Of a stretch of DNA of 37,879 nucleotides, positions 35,615-37,879 are shown one piece after another. The first letter of the stretch is position 1. Each line of letters begins with the position of its first letter. A model generated the notes under the pieces. The model did not search any database. It worked only from the letters and a program-made list of their open reading frames with translations, and had not been told where the DNA came from. The position numbers and the translations under genes were made by a program. This stretch comes from a virus (lineage: Duplodnaviria; Caudoviricetes), in the IMG/VR virus record IMGVR_UViG_3300020441_000002, positions 1 through 37,879 of that record; one strand, 5' to 3'.

Positions 35615-35784
35615 TACGCTCTCCTCTTAGTTTTCTTTTTGGTGGGTTTCTTTTTCGCCGTTTTGGCAGCGCGTTTGAATTGGGCGTCGGAAGGACGGCC
35701 CTTTTCACCTTTGCGCTTCATCCGTTCTCCAGAACCGGCTTTTATCCTGGCTCTCTTCTTCGCGATGTTCCTATAGAGCGACAT
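35614..35784 (-). CDS. Highly basic small protein
   Basis: MSLYRNIAKKRARIKAGSGERMKRKGEKGRPS...; 56 aa. Confidence 0.75.
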   Translation of the reverse strand: MSLYRNIAKKRARIKAGSGERMKRKGEKGRPSDAQFKRAAKTAKKKPTKKKTKRRA

Positions 35785-35845
35785 AAAAAACCCCAAGTTA
35801 ATCTTGCGATCAAATTAACATGAGCCAGGCTAAAATACCTAAATT

Positions 35846-37252
35846 CTATGCGATGCCCTGGATGTTGCGGCGGAGCTCGCCGCGAAACCGATTAAACGCG
35901 CCAGACATAGCCGTCGCGCCTTCACCGGAAAAAGTAAGCGCCAGGCTATCCGCGAGATCCGGCGAATTAAATCCGCGTTTCTTTAAATCCTGTTTACTTT
36001 CCGCTTTTATTTTTCCGGAGCTGGTAAACGTATAACGCAACGAGGTCAGCTCCGACAAAAGCTGACTATTCTTCGGGATCTTACACGACCGGTTTTCTAA
36101 CCAGGCTTTTGTCTTAAACCAAAGCTCTGCGCGTAAATTTAAATAGGTTTCCTTCATGGACGGACTTTCGCTCACGTTGATAGCGCGAACCGGCACCCCA
36201 AGTTCATTAAGCCTGTCATAACATCCGGCCCCCTGGCCAATACTGTCGATCATTATTTCTAAGCTATCCTGCTCAAACGGCTCCAGGGCGTCATACTCAG
36301 CCTTCACACGGCCAACTGTCTGCATAAGGTCCAAGCCGCCCCAGGAGCGCATCTCAGTCACTACGGAGCCTCTACGCTTGCACAGAGCCGTTCTATCCCC
36401 TCCATACCTGGCCACGTCCAATGCCCAGACCATAGGCGTCTCAGGGCTCTCCTCGATGTCACGATGCTGCGCTGCCTCGACCAAATGAAACGGAATTATC
36501 GTGTCGTCGTCGGCCAGTGGAAATTCACCCATCACGCGCACCCTAAACGCGCTGGAATTCTCGCCGTAACGATCGCGCATCTCGTCGATAAACTCCTGGG
36601 CGACTAACGGGCTGTCCTGGCAGCTCCACGTCCTGGTCCACCAGCTCTTACGCATTCGGTTGTGGCTCTCAAAAAACGTACCACTCGAACGGGTAGGGTT
36701 CGACAGCATCAACGTCGTTGCGTTAACGGATGACATAGATCCTGCGCTGGCCTCAAATACGACCTCCGGAACTCCTGATGCCTCATCAATGACCAAAAGC
36801 ACATTGTCGGAGTGCACTCCTGCTAGTGCCTCTCCGGCATTCTCAGCTCTCGCCGTCCGGCAAGAGATAAACGCTTCACTCGGCGCCGCTACAAGCTCTA
36901 CACGATCAGATTTCACGTTGAGCAGCTCCTGGAGCTCCCTGGGCAATTCTCCTATCCAACGCTTTAGCTCAGCAAACATCGCGTCGAATAGCTGCGAGCT
37001 AGTAGGGGCCGTCACAACGACCTTGCAGGGAAATTTGAGCATCAAAAACCATAGCATTGACCAGGCCGCCGTTGTGCTCTTGCCACTGCCGTGACCCGAG
37101 CGGACACTGAGGCGTCTAGTAGGGGAGGCAACCTCTCGCAAAAATTCCGCCTGGTAGTCAAATGGCTCAACTCCAAGGATCTCCTGGACAAACCGCACCG
37201 GATCGTTTTGATACGTCTCGACAAACTCTTCCATAAAATTTTTAGTCGTCAT
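35846..37252 (-). CDS. terL: Terminase large subunit
   Basis: Walker A SGHGSGKS, Walker B LVIDEA, nuclease LDVARYGGD and SPDLADSL. Confidence 0.95.
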   Translation of the reverse strand: MTTKNFMEEFVETYQNDPVRFVQEILGVEPFDYQAEFLREVASPTRRLSVRSGHGSGKSTTAAWSMLWFLMLKFPCKVVVTAPTSSQLFDAMFAELKRWIGELPRELQELLNVKSDRVELVAAPSEAFISCRTARAENAGEALAGVHSDNVLLVIDEASGVPEVVFEASAGSMSSVNATTLMLSNPTRSSGTFFESHNRMRKSWWTRTWSCQDSPLVAQEFIDEMRDRYGENSSAFRVRVMGEFPLADDDTIIPFHLVEAAQHRDIEESPETPMVWALDVARYGGDRTALCKRRGSVVTEMRSWGGLDLMQTVGRVKAEYDALEPFEQDSLEIMIDSIGQGAGCYDRLNELGVPVRAINVSESPSMKETYLNLRAELWFKTKAWLENRSCKIPKNSQLLSELTSLRYTFTSSGKIKAESKQDLKKRGFNSPDLADSLALTFSGEGATAMSGAFNRFRGELRRNIQGIA

Positions 37253-37748
37253 TTTCGATAACCTTCGTGGCGTCCGGAACAGTTTTCATTTTTCGCAAAG
37301 CATCCAGGTGCATGTCGCCCAGGGAGATCGTGACCTCCGTCTGGCCGGCCTTTGTTCCGTACCTTGCCTGGTTCCAGGCTTGAGCAACAAATCGATGCTG
37401 GCCAGCCTTCTCCCTGGCAATCGCAACGTCAACCTGGTTGAGCTCCTTTGTCCTGGATCCTTCTTCTGCCAGGTCGCGTTCCATTTGCCGCTCTTTGCTC
37501 AAATTTTCAAAAATTTGAAAGCCCATCTCCGCGTGTGCGTCCGCCGCTTTTTCGCGTATCGCTTCAATCGCTTTGCTGTACTCGTCGTGATTGATGAGCA
37601 GCCGGTGAAGGTAGCCTCGGTTGAGATCAAGATCTTTTGCCAAGCTGCTTATGGTGCCGCCAGACATGAGAAAATCTTGCAGATAATCTGCCCCACCACG
37701 GGTTTCGATTTTCTCTAATGCCTGGCGACGTTTTGGTCTTCCTGCCAT
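37242..37748 (-). CDS. terS: Terminase small subunit
   Basis: N-terminal HTH, immediately upstream of and overlapping terL; AGGAG RBS before ATG 37748. Confidence 0.8.
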   Translation of the reverse strand: MAGRPKRRQALEKIETRGGADYLQDFLMSGGTISSLAKDLDLNRGYLHRLLINHDEYSKAIEAIREKAADAHAEMGFQIFENLSKERQMERDLAEEGSRTKELNQVDVAIAREKAGQHRFVAQAWNQARYGTKAGQTEVTISLGDMHLDALRKMKTVPDATKVIENDD

Positions 37749-37825
37749 GTTCAACTCCTGATTTTCTTATGTTATCCTATTTGGTTTTCTCTCGCCAAAT
37801 TTTGGCGTCCGTGTGTGTCTTGACC

Positions 37826-37879
37826 TGGTCCAGGACGGGGGGCCAAAATCGTAGAGGGGGGGGTCATTTTTGTTCTATT
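37826..37879. repeat. Terminal direct repeat copy (assembly overlap)
   Basis: Identical to 1-54. Confidence 0.95.

Noticed and set aside
1-37879. tRNA, rRNA, DNA polymerase, RNA polymerase or Vsr genes
   Set aside because: No recognisable cloverleaf or motifs by eye; coding space is otherwise accounted for

Overview
This window looks like the complete, circularly assembled (54-nt end overlap) ~37.8-kb genome of a podovirus-like tailed phage, probably infecting a marine alphaproteobacterium (inferred from gene content, anti-SD sRNA-like hairpins and GANTC avoidance). It has three transcription blocks. (i) A leftward replication/recombination block (~377-5672): RHH regulator, RuvC-like resolvase, RecE-like exonuclease, SSB and Zn-finger/TOPRIM/RepA primase-helicase, with no DNA polymerase. 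(ii) A rightward early/accessory block (5802-12007): short C5-cytosine methyltransferase, SprT-like zincin, apparently catalytically dead serine recombinase and several HTH proteins, including a stand-alone LexA DNA-binding domain. (iii) A long leftward late block (37748-12016): terminase, basic peptides, HhH-GPD glycosylase-like protein, adaptor, two tail-fibre cassettes, nozzle, ejection proteins, portal, scaffold, capsid, holin-like proteins and GH19 endolysin. The most notable signals are a XerCD dif-like site (plus a weaker second one) in a phage with no working integrase, a candidate anti-Shine-Dalgarno sRNA, a dispersed 17-bp motif, strong CCWGG over-representation with GANTC depletion, a type-1 copper (cupredoxin-like) domain inserted in the tail nozzle, and a glycosylase-like protein inside the virion operon. 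All calls are by eye from motifs and synteny; no database searches were run.
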